Below are positions 37,640-50,517 of a DNA stretch of 64,000 nt, one piece after another. The DNA is from Ginglymostoma cirratum (lineage: Eukaryota). Each line of letters starts with the position of its first letter. Positions within the stretch are counted from its first letter, which is position 1. The stretch spans positions 35,521,137 through 35,585,136 of the forward strand of contig JAHRHZ010000029.1 of the NCBI GenBank assembly GCA_024137785.1, written 5' to 3'. The notes under the pieces were generated by a model. It saw only the letters and a list, made by a program, of their open reading frames with translations. It did not search any database and was not told where the DNA came from. The position numbers and the translations under genes are program-made.

Positions 37640-38200
37640 TTAGGAACACAAAAACAGGAATAGGCCATTCAATCCATCGAGCCTGCCCCATTATTCGATG
37701 CGATCATGGCTGATTGAATACTTCAGTGCATTTTACCAAAACCATCTCCTTAACCTTGTATGCTATGGTTAATCAGAAAACAGTCAATCTCTACCTTAGA
37801 TAGCAGGAACTGCCGATGCTGGAGAATCTGAGATAAGAAGGTATAGAGCTTAATGAACACAGCAGGACAAGCAGCATCAGAGGAGCAGGAAAGCTGATGG
37901 TTTGGGTCTAAACCCTTCTTCAGAAAACATTCAGATTTTTGGCTCCACACCTTGTTATCTCACAATCTCTACCTTAAACAGGCATGAAGACAGAGCTTCC
38001 ACAGCCTTCTGTGAAATTCAAAGTTTTACAATAATCTGAGTAAAAATATTTGTCATCATCTCAGACGTAAATGCCATCCCCCCCTTATTTTTAAACTGAG
38101 CCCTTCTCATTCTAGATTCTCCAACCAGGGGAACCAGCTAACCTCAATCAACCCTGTCTGTCCTTTTAAAGTATTTTATAATTTTTGTTGAGATCACTTA
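37640..38200 (-). mobile_element. CR1 3' tail containing a PLE insertion
   Basis: caggaataggccattc...gatcatggctga tail. Confidence 0.7.
37798..37961. mobile_element. Short PLE fold-back, 14-bp TSD
   Basis: caatctctacctta at 37785-37798 and 37963-37976. Confidence 0.88.
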
Positions 38201-38280
38201 CTTCCAATGAAATAAACTAGATCTTTATTATATTGTGCTCATTGCACCTCGCAAACAGCTCAACAGCTTTCCAATACAAG

Positions 38281-38335
38281 TGAAATGACTCTACAGAGGC
38301 CAGTACTCTTTCACCAAGGCACCCTTTATTTACAC
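38281..38335 (-). mobile_element. LTR end fragment (family of 50550-50785)
   Basis: tgaaatgactctacagaggcc...caccaaggcaccctttatttacac. Confidence 0.7.
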
Positions 38336-38733
38336 TGCCGCTACGGAGCATCAGCGGTGGAGGGAGTGAATGTTTGTGATATCATCGATGAGATGCACTG
38401 CAGAAATTCAGCAAGCCTCATGACTTAACATCTTCCAAACACATAGCCATTTCCATCTAGATGGACAAGGGCAGCAGATACATGGGAACACCACCACCTT
38501 AACTTTCCCCTCCAAGCCACTCACCAACCTGACTTGGAAATATATTGCTGTTCCTTCACTGTTGCTTGGTCAAAATCCTGGAATTCCCTCTATAAGGACA
38601 TTGTGGTTCTACATACAGCAAGTGGACTGTAGGGTTTCAACAAGGCTGCTAATCACCACCTTCTCAAGGGCAACTAGGGATGGCAATAAATGCTGACCCT
38701 TCCAGCAACATTCACATCTCATGACTGAATAAA
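38332..38733 (+). mobile_element. 3' end of the CR1/L2-group LINE with a short 5' inversion
   Basis: 38391-38733 matches 52210-52553; 38332-38378 matches the reverse complement of about 52152-52200. Confidence 0.85.
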
Positions 38734-38809
38734 TGTTCACTTGCTTCAGTGATGTCAATTTTATGTTCCAGGTTAGTGGTGAAGCATGAGGGCATTCCAA
38801 ACCTCGTCC

Positions 38810-39145
38810 CAATGGAGAACTTTCTGAAATGTAGTCACTGTTGCAATGTAGGAAATATAGCAGCCCAGTTGCACACAAAAGAATCCCATAGATGCTAATT
38901 TATTACTGACCAAATAATTTGGTTTTTTGATGTTAATTGCATGATAAATATTTGCTGCGACATCAAAGAATAACACACATGCTTTTCTTCAAAACAATAC
39001 CATCAACAGTCACATATTGGCCAGAGAGGAGGCTCAAGGCATCATAGATCATTTAAATGATGACACTTTGAACAGTACAGTAATCACACAGTACCAGAGC
39101 ACAATGCTGGCCTGATGTTTTGTGTGCTTATATGTCATGGAATTA
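38810..39145 (-). mobile_element. Deu-domain SINE relic (SacSINE1/AmnSINE1-like)
   Basis: Reverse complement resembles the Deu core and 3' part (gaagaaaagc..tcttt..aaatatttatc..aacatca; gctgct..ttcctacattgcaacagtgactaca). Confidence 0.65.
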
Positions 39146-39384
39146 TTCAGCACATGGAAATTACTTCATAATGGTTTCTTGACAATCCTTTGGTTTTTCT
39201 GTTTTAAGGAATGATTGCTATTTATGCCACACTTTTCACCACCTCTGGATATTTAAACCAGTTTACAGCCAATCTCACTGTCAATAGATGCCACTAGATT
39301 TCAGCAAGATATTAGATTAGATTCTTCACTCAATGCCATTGGTTTAATACAGCATCTACAACTCTTACCAGATGCAAATAGTCA

Positions 39385-40354
39385 GAAGTCACACAACACC
39401 AGGTTATAGTCCAACAGGTTTATTTGAAATCACAAGCTATTGGAGCGCTGCTCCTTCATCAGGTGAAGTAGAGGGAAGCACACAGGCACAGAATTTATAA
39501 GCAGAGAGGTCAATGCAAGACAATTCTAGGTAATTAAGAATGTCAGAGATTGTACAAATGCTGTGAGTGGAGTTGTCAACAGCTGAATAACAAGCAAAGG
39601 GATGACCTATACTCTGATTAAATAAGGCAGAGAAATAATTTCCAAAAATCAAAAATAAGGTGGCGCTGGAGATGAACCAACTGCCTAGAACAACATGATT
39701 GGCATAGGAGTCAGATGATGAGGGTCTAACCAAAGTAACAAGTAATCCAAAACTGTACAAACTAATTAAGGTAGAGAAATCATACCAAGTTATCAAGGTG
39801 ATGGTGTAAAAACAGGACAGTAAGGAAGATTTTACAATTAGAGAATTTATATGGTCAGGTTATATATAGCGCCACATAAACCCAAGATCATGGTTGAGGC
39901 CACCTTCATGGGTACAGAATTGGCTATCAGTTTCTGCTCGGTGATACAGAACAACGCAGAATCTTGAAGTCCACCTTGAGGGATGTTTACCCAAAAATTG
40001 GGGGCTGAATGTCCTTGATCATTGATGTTTCATCCTTTTACGTGCTATTCAGCTGTTGACACTTTACTCACATGGTTTGACACTTTTAATCACTTGCAAA
40101 GATTTGTTATTCAGCTGTCGATGCTTCACTCAGATCATTTGTACTATGTTTTGACATTCTTAATTAACTAGAATTATCTTGCAATGATCTTTCTGCCTGT
40201 AATATCTGTGCCTTTTTTCTTCCCTCCACTTCACCTGATGAAGGAGCAGTGCTTCGAAAGCTTGTGATTTCAAATAAACCTGTTGAACTATGACCTGGTG
40301 CCATGTGATTTCTGACATTGTCCACCCCAGTCCAACACCAACACCTCTGCATCA
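39385..40354. mobile_element. PLE fold-back (family D), 16-bp TSD
   Basis: Inverted pLTR arms; cagatgcaaatagtca at 39369-39384 and 40355-40370. Confidence 0.92.
40231..40267 (+). ncRNA. Minimal type I hammerhead ribozyme (best copy)
   Basis: UCAC-CUGAUGA-A-GGAGC-AGU-GCUUC-GAAA-GCUU-GUGA: stem I UCAC/GUGA, 5-bp stem II, and palindromic AAGCUU in place of stem III. Confidence 0.85.
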
Positions 40355-40629
40355 CAGATGCAAATAGTCACAAAAACACACAGCTTCTTGGAGTTTCACA
40401 GTTTTAGATAAAACAATAAAGTAAGCAATACTGGAAGACTGTGACACTGGAAGATGGCTGGTGTAAACACAAGTAGAATTTGCACGCCTGTGGGATGGGG
40501 AAGACATTAAGAGATGACTCAACAATGAAGAATAACAAAGAAAATCAATGCATTTAAATTGCTATTCCCCAACATGACAGGAAAATAAATAGTAGTTCAA
40601 GTTTAGAATATAGGAGGTGAATTTTTTTT

Positions 40630-40931
40630 TCATAGAATCTTCACAGCATGGAAACAGGCTGCTTGGCCCAACAAGTCCACACTGACTCTCCGAAGAACAT
40701 CCCACCCAGACACATAACCTACACATCCCTGGACACAATGGGCAATTTAGCATGGCCAATCCACCTAGCCTGGACATCTTTGGACTGTGGGAGGAAACCA
40801 AAGCACCCGGACAAAACCCATGCAGACACAGGGAGAATGTGAAAATTCCACACAGACCGTTACTCAAGACTGGGATCGAACCCAGGTCTTTGGCACTGTG
40901 AAGCAGCAGTGCTAACCACTGAGCCACATGT
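40630..40931 (-). mobile_element. HE1-type V-SINE
   Basis: Same head, V-domain and tail as 23945-24287. Confidence 0.92.
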
Positions 40932-41111
40932 CATACCGTGTTTCAGATCTACTGCTAACTGGAGTCATCAGACTTGATATTTTCAACTTTTTTATTGGGC
41001 AGGATGTAGAACAGGGGATAGAATGGATGGTTGATTCACAACTCCCTGTGGTGTGTGGTTATTAAAGAACAGCTTCCCTCTTCTGTAAAAGATCGGGGGG
41101 GGGGGGGGGGG

Positions 41112-41432
41112 CGGCATCCGCCTAGTGGTATTAACTCTAAACTATTACCCAGAGACCCAGGTAATGTTGTGGGCACCTGACAGATCGTGGAATTTGAATT
41201 CAATAAAAATCTGGAATTAAAAGTCTAATGATGACCATGAAACCATTGTCAATTGTTGAAAGAATCCATCTAGTTCAGTAATATCCTTTAGGGAAGGAAC
41301 CTGTCATTGTTTCCTGGTCTGACCTACACATGTCTCCAGAGCCACAACAATGTGGTAAATTCTTGACTGCCATCTGGGTAATTCAGGTGGGCAGTAAGTG
41401 CTGGCCTGCCAGCATCACCCACATCCCATGAA
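41112..41432 (+). mobile_element. tRNA-derived SINE (family of 10139-10480), preceded by a G17 run
   Basis: gcctagtggtatta head, conserved body and tail; poly-G at 41095-41111. Confidence 0.85.
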
Positions 41433-41959
41433 TCCTTCCCAATGTATTGTCTCTTCCCTTTATTTGTCCCTCTTGCCTCTTTGCACATTTCTACATGATC
41501 GTTCTCTTCAATGAGCTGCTGAACTCCCTGTGGAGATGGTGCTCCCATGATGGGTTAGGTTGTGGGTTTAAGAGCAGAGGAACATTGAAGATAAACAAAC
41601 AGTAATATGTGTCACACTCAGGATGAGGAATGATTCACAGGGAGCTTGGAGATGATGGTGTTTTCACAATATTGCAGCTTCTGTTCTTCCCAATGATCGA
41701 GTCACAGCTGGAAAGAAAGTGCCAAAGTAGACACAGCAAATAGCTGAAGTGGTCATAAAGTGTCATTGCTGTGTTACCATGGTGCACTGATGGAGGAGAG
41801 AGTGGATATTAAATCCAGTTGCAGAAGCATTAACAAACTCATTTGTTTTATCCCATCTGACTAAGGTTATCAGACATTTTTACAACCACACATAAAAAAA
41901 TACTTTTGGTTATCATATGTGACAATGTGGAGTGTTTAGAATAATGTGTGGCAAGGATT

Positions 41960-43740
41960 TAGGAACATAGAAACAGCATTACCCATTCAACCTGTCAAAC
42001 CTACTTTGTCATTCAGTTTGATCATGGCAGAAACATAGAAACAGAGGAAACAGAAGCAGGAGTGGGCTATTTGACCCCTCGAGCATGTTCCACTATCCAA
42101 TATGATCTTGGCTGGTCATTGAGTTCAATACTCTAATCCCACCCACCACCATATCCCTTGATTCCTGTAACTACAAGAGCTGTATCTACCTCCTTCCTGA
42201 AAACACACAATGTTTTGGCCTCAACCACTTTCTGTGCCAGTGAATTCCCCAGGGTCACCATTCTTTGGGTGAATAAATTTCTCCACATCTCAGTCTTATA
42301 AAGTTTACACCTTATGTTTATACTGTGATCCCTGGTTCTGGACTCCCCCACCATTGGGAACGTCCTTCCTGCATCTATCCTGTCTCATCCTGTGAGAATT
42401 TTATAGGTTCTTATGAGATCCTTCTTCATTTTTCTAAACTCCATGTAATCCTACTTTCCCATGTTCTCCATCTCCAGAAAGCTATTATTTTCTGCTTTGA
42501 ACAAGCTCAATGTTTGAACTTCCACATCCCTGTGGTGGAAAGAATTCCCTTATCTGAGGATTATTTCTCCTGGTTTCAGACTTCAGACTAGGGGACAACC
42601 CTATCTGCATCTGCCATGTCACATCCTGTAAGAATTTTGTTAGTTTCATTTAACCCACCTCTAATTCCCTGAAACTCTAGTGAGTCCAGACAATGTTTTC
42701 TCAATCTGTCTATATAAGATAACCCTGCCATCCTAGGAATTAAGCTACTGAACCTTCATTGCATTCTCTCTATGACTGATATGTCCTTCCTTATATAAGA
42801 ACAATAAACCTGTCCACAATACTCCAGGTGTAGTCTCACCAAGGGTTGATATAACTGCAGCAAGACTTCCTTACTTCTGTACATATAACCCTTTCTAATG
42901 AAAGCTAACATGCTGTTTGCTTTCCTAACTGCTTTTGTATCTGCCTACCTACCCTATCTGACTCATGATCAAGGATGGCCAAGTTGACTTTGGATACCTG
43001 TACTTCTCAAACTCTCACTATTTTATAAATATTATGCCTTCCTGACATTTTTCTATGAAAGTGAATAACTTCACATACATTCACATATATTCCATCTATA
43101 TGTTCTAGCCCATTCATTTAATCTGTTCAAATTGTGTTGAAACGTACAGGAGCAGAAATTGCTGGAGAAACTCAGCAGATCTAGCAGCATCTATAGAGGG
43201 AGAAACAGAGTTAACTTTTCAAATCCAGTGATCCTGCTTCAGAACACCTCTTTAAGCCTCCTTGCATCGTCTTCACAAATTATGTACCACCCAGTATAAA
43301 GTTATCAATAAAATTGGAAATACTTTAATTGGTCTCCACGTCTAAATCATTAATATGGTGAACAGACATAAACTTAGCAAAGATCATTGTGATAACCACT
43401 CCGACCAGCCTAAAGAGGATTTGGTTATCCCTATTGCCTGCTTTCTGTCTATTAGCCAATTCACATCCATTTATTTCTCCCTATCCTTTGTGTTATAATT
43501 TTATTTACCAACTTCCTGTGTTGGAACATTTCAAAACTTTCTGACAATCCAAATGCACAAAAACTACTTATTCTCATTTATCAATGTTATAAGTAATATA
43601 CTCAAAAAGACCTCAAAAAGTTTGTCAATTGCGATTGCTTTTTCATAAATCCAAATTGATTTTGCACATTCTTATCTAGAAACGTAGTTATCACATCCTT
43701 TCTAGTTGACTCTTAACATTTTCCCTTTTACTGACGTTCT
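41960..43740 (-). mobile_element. Old CR1 RT-to-tail copy with a younger CR1 tail nested (about 42030-42440)
   Basis: ORF 42133-42354 (ESRTRDHS..KTEMWRNLFTQRMV); caatactccaggtgtagtctcacc; ataaatcca RT motif. Confidence 0.75.
43150..43245 (-). mobile_element. Short PLE (family B)
   Basis: cagaaattgctggagaaactcagcag...cttcagaac. Confidence 0.8.
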
Positions 43741-43829
43741 CACGCCTGTAGTCCATTTATTTAGTTAATTCAATTATGTTTGATAATGAAATAAAGCTTC
43801 AAACTAATTAAAGCAACTAGTCCAATTTC

Positions 43830-44200
43830 ATTTTATTCACTCAAGGGATTGGGTATTACTGGCAGGGCTGCATTTATTGCTCATCCCTGGTTGCCCTTGA
43901 GAAGGTGGTGGTGAGCTGCCTTCTTGAACCACTACTGTGTGCGCTGTAGGTAGACCCACAATGCCCTTAGGAACGGAGTTTCAGAAATTTGGCCCAGCAA
44001 CAGTGAAGGGACAGCGATATATTTCCAAGTCAGGAAAGCAAGTGCTTTGCAGGGAATCTTGCAGGTGATGGTGTTCCCATGTATTTGCTGCCCCTGTCTT
44101 TCTAGATGGAAGTAGTCATGGGTTTGGAAGGTGTTGCCCGAAGATCTTTGGTGTTTTTTCCTGCAGTTTTTTATGGATAGTACACACTGCTGCTACTGAA
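43830..44200 (-). mobile_element. 3' end of the CR1/L2-group LINE
   Basis: gcatttattgc..ttgcccttgagaaggtggtggtgagctgccttcttgaacc. Confidence 0.85.
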
Positions 44201-44430
44201 TGAGAAACTTACAGAGGGTTGTGAGTCTTTGAAACTTCCTCTTCAAAAGGTACTGGAAGCTGAGTCCTTGAATATATCTAAGGCAGTGGTAAACAGATTA
44301 TTGATAGGCAAGATGGTTAAACATTATCAAACATAGGCAGGAATGCAGTGTAATCAGCTCCTTCATGATATTATTGAATGGTACAGCAGGCTTCAGGGGC
44401 TGAGTGGCCTCCTTTCATTCTTTATTCCAA
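44200..44430 (+). mobile_element. CR1 3' tail
   Basis: cagagggttgtgagtcttt...gaatggtacagcaggcttcaggggctgagtggcct. Confidence 0.7.
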
Positions 44431-47314
44431 TGTTTGCATGTACTGTGTTTGCGCTGAGCTGCTTTAAAGCAGTATTCCCTGAGTAAAAGTCCTTCTCGTA
44501 GCCTGGTGGTTTTGGTTCATTTAATTAGTTGATACTGTTATGTATGAAAAACAAGTGGTGAATTTGTTTGTAGTGCGTAAAGAGTTAAATTAAATATTCT
44601 CAAATAACCACGGCAGGCTGTTTAGATGATAATGTGCATACTAATCGTGTAAACTAATTATTCAAGACTCTTTAAAATAGCAACTTGAATCATCGGATTT
44701 AACATTGATGACGCATCAAGAAATTTGACAACTCAATTTGGCTTCTTATTGTGAGCATTCATTGATTAAGTTATGTTACCTACATCAATATATTGCCTAC
44801 ATTAATATAGTTAGATAATGCGATTGAAATTATTGAATTGAATATTGAAAAAAATAACAAATATAGATGTCCTTCAATAATTGCAATATAATTATGCTTC
44901 TTTTTTATGATTACTTGAAAACTGTTTATGTAAGATGTTAGTCTTTGAATATTCGGCATAAACTGAATGTAAATGAATTTTACATAAGGTCCACATACGA
45001 AAGGCTTAACGTATTTACTGTCTGCGTTGTTTGTCACTCTGCTGCGGTTTTGAGTCAACATTTGCTCATTTCCTACATTGGAAAGCACATTGTTCTGCTT
45101 CATTGAGAAAACGAAAAAGAGGCAGGGAGCTCAACACTCTGTGAAAATTCATCAAAATGCAGAGTATCTGAACCTACTCGTCATTTTGCACTTTTAATTA
45201 CTCTTATTAGAATTTGCAAGATGACTCCCCCAAGAGAGATCAAAGTCTTTCCTCTGTAATTTAAAAATATTTGACACATTTATGATCACTCAGATTAAAA
45301 CTTTGTAAGTTAATAAAATGTGTTGTTATTGCACGCAGCTTACTACAAACAGAATGCCTGAATAGTAAATTATTTAATAATAAATTTACTCAATTCAAGA
45401 TGTTGCCTCACTGTTTGGCCTGCAATATTGTCCTCTCTGTCTGTGCCTTTCTGTTCACAGTGGTTCCATGCTGTCTAACAAAGATCTGTTTTTCTTCGCA
45501 GGAGCGGTAAATTCTAAAGCACTTAACAATAGAGAATCATGTGAAATCATCATCCTAACCCAGACAAGTTGCCCAACCTGCATATGGGTGTCAATCCTTC
45601 ACTGTGTAAAATGTAGTTGAGTTGCCTTTGAGGTAGGTGTTGCATGCTGTCCTTAATTCTGATTTTAACTCCGTGTGTAACCCCTTACATTTCTGCAGCT
45701 TTCCTTAAAAAAATGTAAACAACATGTACTTTTTTGATAAGCTCCAAGTATGATTACAATATCAGATCCAAACTCCGTTTAATGACAGAACAATAAATTT
45801 TAAATAAAAAGTCCAGGCAGCTTCCAACTTTTCACTATTTGTCTTTATATTGTGACACAATTGATACATGACTTTTGCCTTGATTCCAAATTGTGAAACA
45901 ATTCCTGTTTCATTTAAGGATGTACAGTACAGTTTGAAAGTATTGCTGCACAAATGAACATGAGAAATATGAGTAGACCATGTGGCCTCTTGAAAATAGT
46001 TAAAGATGGAGTCTGTTGATCAATGGATTGGTAACAAAAGCCTTAAATTCATGCAGGTGAGATACAGAGCTACATGAGAAGAAATTGTTATGTGTAAAGG
46101 CTTGTCAGCTATTAATTCATGTGAAGGCATCCTGTGGTGTGTCCACATGAGACCGATGTTGCTGCCGTTGCAGATCTTGAGAAGACGGAATTAGATTTAA
46201 TTATAGAGGAATTGTGAGACCTGGGAAAAGTACATGTGAGATAACTGTAGAACCGTGGAAATGATCCAAAACAGAAACAAGCCATTTGGTTATCTTGCCC
46301 GTGCTAACCAAAAGGCTTCCTGATACCCTTTTGAACCCAAGTTTTATGAGCTGTCACAATGCAATTTGAACCCATGACCCCAGAGCCTTAGTCTGCTATC
46401 CTAGATTACTGTCTCAATGACGTTAACATTTCACCAACACATCCCTGCATCCCCACCACGACACCTGGGAAAGAATTAAAGTGAATTCCAGCACTGTTTG
46501 TCAGGGTTCTGTCCTAGTACAAATACAGCCCTAAAGCAATTATATGCAATTAAAAATTGAATAGAAGATTGGAAGATATGGAGATGGTAGAATTTGGCTT
46601 GAGCTTATTCAAAACTATACAGGACATTAGATGCATTTTTTGTCCTCTTAAGATTTTAAGTCTTTGAAGATATTCATCTATTTTATAGAATAATCATGGA
46701 ATAAGAATGGAAATTCAGTCTTATTTTGCACCGTAATATTGCAATATAAGTTTCAGGGGAAACAGTCACCTGTTGTTAATGTCACTGGCGCTAGTATTCG
46801 AGAATCCCAACCTCTGTCCCACCTCAATGGGAGTATCACACTGAAAGTCCCACTATTCCCAGAGTTGGCATAAAAGTTAAAAAATGTTATCAAGGTTCGC
46901 AAACTACCCAATTGATCTACCAGGTAGACTTGGGCTAACAAAAAACATGGACCAAGTTTCTGTACTTAAAAGGACTCCTTTTTATAACAGATAAATGGAT
47001 TCGAACCACAGGTAAACAATTATGAACTGTTGACACTTAACCCTGTAGTTAAAATGCTGACCATCTCTACATACAGACAGACTCAGTTAGATAAACTAAA
47101 ACATTAATGTTTTGGGTAGAAGGAAGTAGATCTGGGAAGCATTTAAATGATCTCAGTCCACAGGGTTCACAGAGACAATCCTTTGCTCTTGAGGACTTGC
47201 AGCTTTTCAATTTCTCTTCTTCGGGTCCCTTTCACTTCTTTGCAGGAGGCACAGAACAATTGGTACGCAAATTGCAAAATCTATTAACTACTGAATAAAG
47301 ACCACAACTTACAT

Positions 47315-47632
47315 CAACTCTTTTCCCCAGGTGGGGAGGTTCTAAAACTAGAGGTTATAGGTTTAAGGTGAGATGGGAAAGACTTAAAAAGGACATGACA
47401 GGTAACTTTTTACGCAAAGGGTTGTGTGTGGATAGAATGAGCTGCCACAGGAAGTGGTGGAGGCTGGCACAATGACCACATTTAAAAGATATCTGGATGA
47501 ATAAGAAGGGCTTAGAGGGATATAAGCCAAATGCTGTCAAATGCGACGAGGTCAGATTGGGATATCTGGTCAATGCGCATTAGTTGGGTCAAAGGATCTG
47601 TTTCCATGCCATGCGACTTTATGACTCTGTAA
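47315..47632 (+). mobile_element. CR1/HER1 3' end
   Basis: tctaaaactagagg.tataggtttaaggtgaga... and tail ctgtttccatgc...tatgactct. Confidence 0.85.
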
Positions 47633-48629
47633 TTGGTGGTAGAAATTAAACTGACTTTCTTGAGACTTGAGACGTTTTAATGCAAAGAAAGATACTCCAT
47701 CTGACCCCTGCAGCAGTCCAAAAGCCTCTGATAGCATTGCTCGCACCCTCAAGCTGTCCATTTAACCAAGCAACAATCAGAAAGTCAGTGTCGGGCTGGT
47801 ACCTTTGTCATCCACAAGTCATCACACCTGCACAAACCAATAAGCAACTTGTCGCTGGCCAAATCATACGTAGTTCACACTCCCTGGTTCCGACCTGTCT
47901 GCACTGTCTTTCTCCCTGCTTGAGAACAAAGCAGCGGCATAAACACAGCTCACAATAAGTTCCAGTAACTTGCTTTTCAGATATTCAGCAATCCATCTAC
48001 AACCCTTAGTTTTCAAAACAGCCCTATCCACAATGAAAAATACATAAAAATAAAAAGATACAGGCTTTACAAGGACATTCATGCAAATGTCACTGTGGTT
48101 GCTGGTAACATTTGAATTCAATTAATTAATCTGGAATCTAAAATTAACCACAATCAGGGTGACTATGAAATTCTAAAAGATTGCTGTAAAAACCCATTTT
48201 TCTCACCGCTGCCCCTTAGAGAAGGAAATCTGCCATTCTAACTCCATCTGGCTGACATGTGGTTGATTATTAACTGAGCTCAAAAGTAACATGGTGTCTG
48301 AAGGCCAACAATGATGATAACTTCTCACAAAAGATTAAAGAAAATGAACACATTGGGCAAAGAATGAAAAAAAAGTGAACAGTTTGGAGAGGAGGTTTGA
48401 ATGATGGTGATTCCTTGCCTGCCACTGAATAACATGATAAACGCCTGAAGCTGTTTACTGCTCTGTGCTGCTTTAATCGGAGCAAATCCAAATTTACTTC
48501 TTACAGGGACAAAATCCCACCTACAATCTGTTGGTTAAGTCTGACTGTTGGAATGAGGGGGTTTTGCTGAAAAGCCACAGGAGCCAACACTTGATGGAAA
48601 TGTTGCGCTGACCCTGGACAGGGGATTTT

Positions 48630-49070
48630 GTTTTTGTTCACTCGTGGGATGTGGATATCACTGGCTGGGTCAGCATTTCTTGCCCATTCCTAGTTGCCCT
48701 TGAGAAATTGTTGGTGAGTTGCCTTCTTGCACTGCAGTAGCCCACCTTCTGTGGGTTAACCCACAATATTCTTAGGGAGGGAATTCCAGGATTTTAACCC
48801 AGTGACAGCGGAGGAACAACGATATATTTCCAAGTCAGCATGGTGAGTGGCTTGGAGTAAAGCTTGCAGGTGGTGGTGTTCCCATGTATCTACTGCCCTT
48901 ATCCTTCTAGATGGAAGTGGTTGTGTGTTTGGAAGGTGCTGTCTGAGGGACTTTGGTGATTTTTTTGCAGTGCACCTTGTCAATGACACATACTGCTGCT
49001 ACTGATCATATTAGGGAGCGGATGCCTTTGGATATAGTGACAATCAGGTGAGCTGCTTTGTTCTGGATGG
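48630..49070 (-). mobile_element. 3' end of the CR1/L2-group LINE
   Basis: ORF 48756-48989 (LRQHLPNTQPLPSRRIRAVDTWEHHH). Confidence 0.85.
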
Positions 49071-50517
49071 GCTGGGGTGTCCGATCAGGAAAAGGTGTCA
49101 GTCACTGATAGATGACTCTCCTTCACACCAAAGGAGGACAACACACTAGCCATCCCTCCTCCCACCAGCCTCAAAATTGCAACCAAACTTGGAGCAGCCA
49201 ATCAATGGACAATAATTGACCACTTATCAGGGCATTGATTGGGACTAGGGTATATGTACCAACCCTGACATCTTGCAGACCCTGGAAAGTTCCAACAGGT
49301 CAGGAACAAATGGTTCAGAGGTGGAATGGAGGTGGAAAGGGAACCAGGAAATTTGCCCCCATCAGTCTAAACACACAGTAAATTTATTTTTGGAAGTGTT
49401 TGTAATTTTGTTGCATTCAGAAAACTTTTTTTCTATATATTCCACGCTTCATGGCAAATAGTAGAAGGCTTTAGTTTCAAATTATAGTTGGACTATTGCA
49501 AAGTATGGCTGTTCTGAGTTGTTTCAGGACAGTGGTAATAATGGTGAAATAATTCCCTTTTACCTGATATATGCTTCCTCATCCTAACCCTAACTCCATC
49601 GCTCGCAGTTTAATGTTCACAGTAGTAATAGCAAGACGTAAAACCTCAAATTCAACTTTATACATTGACTGTTTGGTGTCAGTTTACATTTAATGGTTTA
49701 TGTCTCATGGGACTTGCTAAAGTAAAGGTTGGAACAGGAATTGTGCTTCAGTGTAAGCACATTCTCTTCACCTAACTAGAAATCTAAGAAGTATAGAATA
49801 GAACAAACCCAGCTCATCAAGTTCAATTTCTCCCGTCCTGCGAACTGTATCAAGCAATGATAATAGAGTTATTGACAAATCAGAGTGATCAATCTCTAAC
49901 AATGAGTGTAGAGCAGACTCAGACTCGAGGGATGGAATGTAATATCCTCACCCTCTGCCATTGGTGGTTTTGGAGGGAGGGCAGGGCAGGCATTTAATTG
50001 GGCAACAGTGTGTTGTGGGAACTTCACCACCTTCCAGATGCTTCCTGATTAGGTCTGTGGTGGGAACGCTTATGGATGGCCTTCCTGATTGGTCACTAAT
50101 TGAAAGTCCACCAATCAAGTTTCTTTAGTAATGTCAGAGGAAAGTTTGGATTTTTAGACTCTAACGTTACATTGACACTTTCAAATTAGGAGTAGGATGC
50201 AAGCTTCAACTTTACATGGAGTGAACCTTATGCAGCTCTGGGACTATTAACAATGGGATTCCCGCAGGCATCTGTATAAACAAAGACAATGTTAATGAAA
50301 ATGTGGCTGTGGGACGAGACAGAGTAGCTCAGAAACTGATAAACGAAGACACAGCGACCTCCAGGGAGAGATTGAATTTTGTTTTATTTATCCATTCTCA
50401 AGATGTAGGCTCACTGGCTAGGCCCACGCTTATTGCCTAGCCCTAATTGCCCAAGACAGTTAAGAATCAACTGCATTGCTGTGGGTCTGGTGTCATGTGC
50501 AGGCCAGACCAAGTAAG

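Noticed and set aside
41095-41111. G17 run as a functional G-quadruplex
   Set aside because: It is a simple homopolymer at a SINE 5' junction, its length is unreliable, and there is no other support.
45502-45632. Exon-like segment (tttttcttcgcag ... gag/gtaggt)
   Set aside because: All three frames contain stops and no partner exons are evident. At most it is a non-coding exon, unsupported without RNA data.
46770-48090. Possible large solo LTR (also about 30200-31080 and 52690-55130)
   Set aside because: The composition is LTR-like, but I could not fix termini or TSDs, so these are not reported as features.
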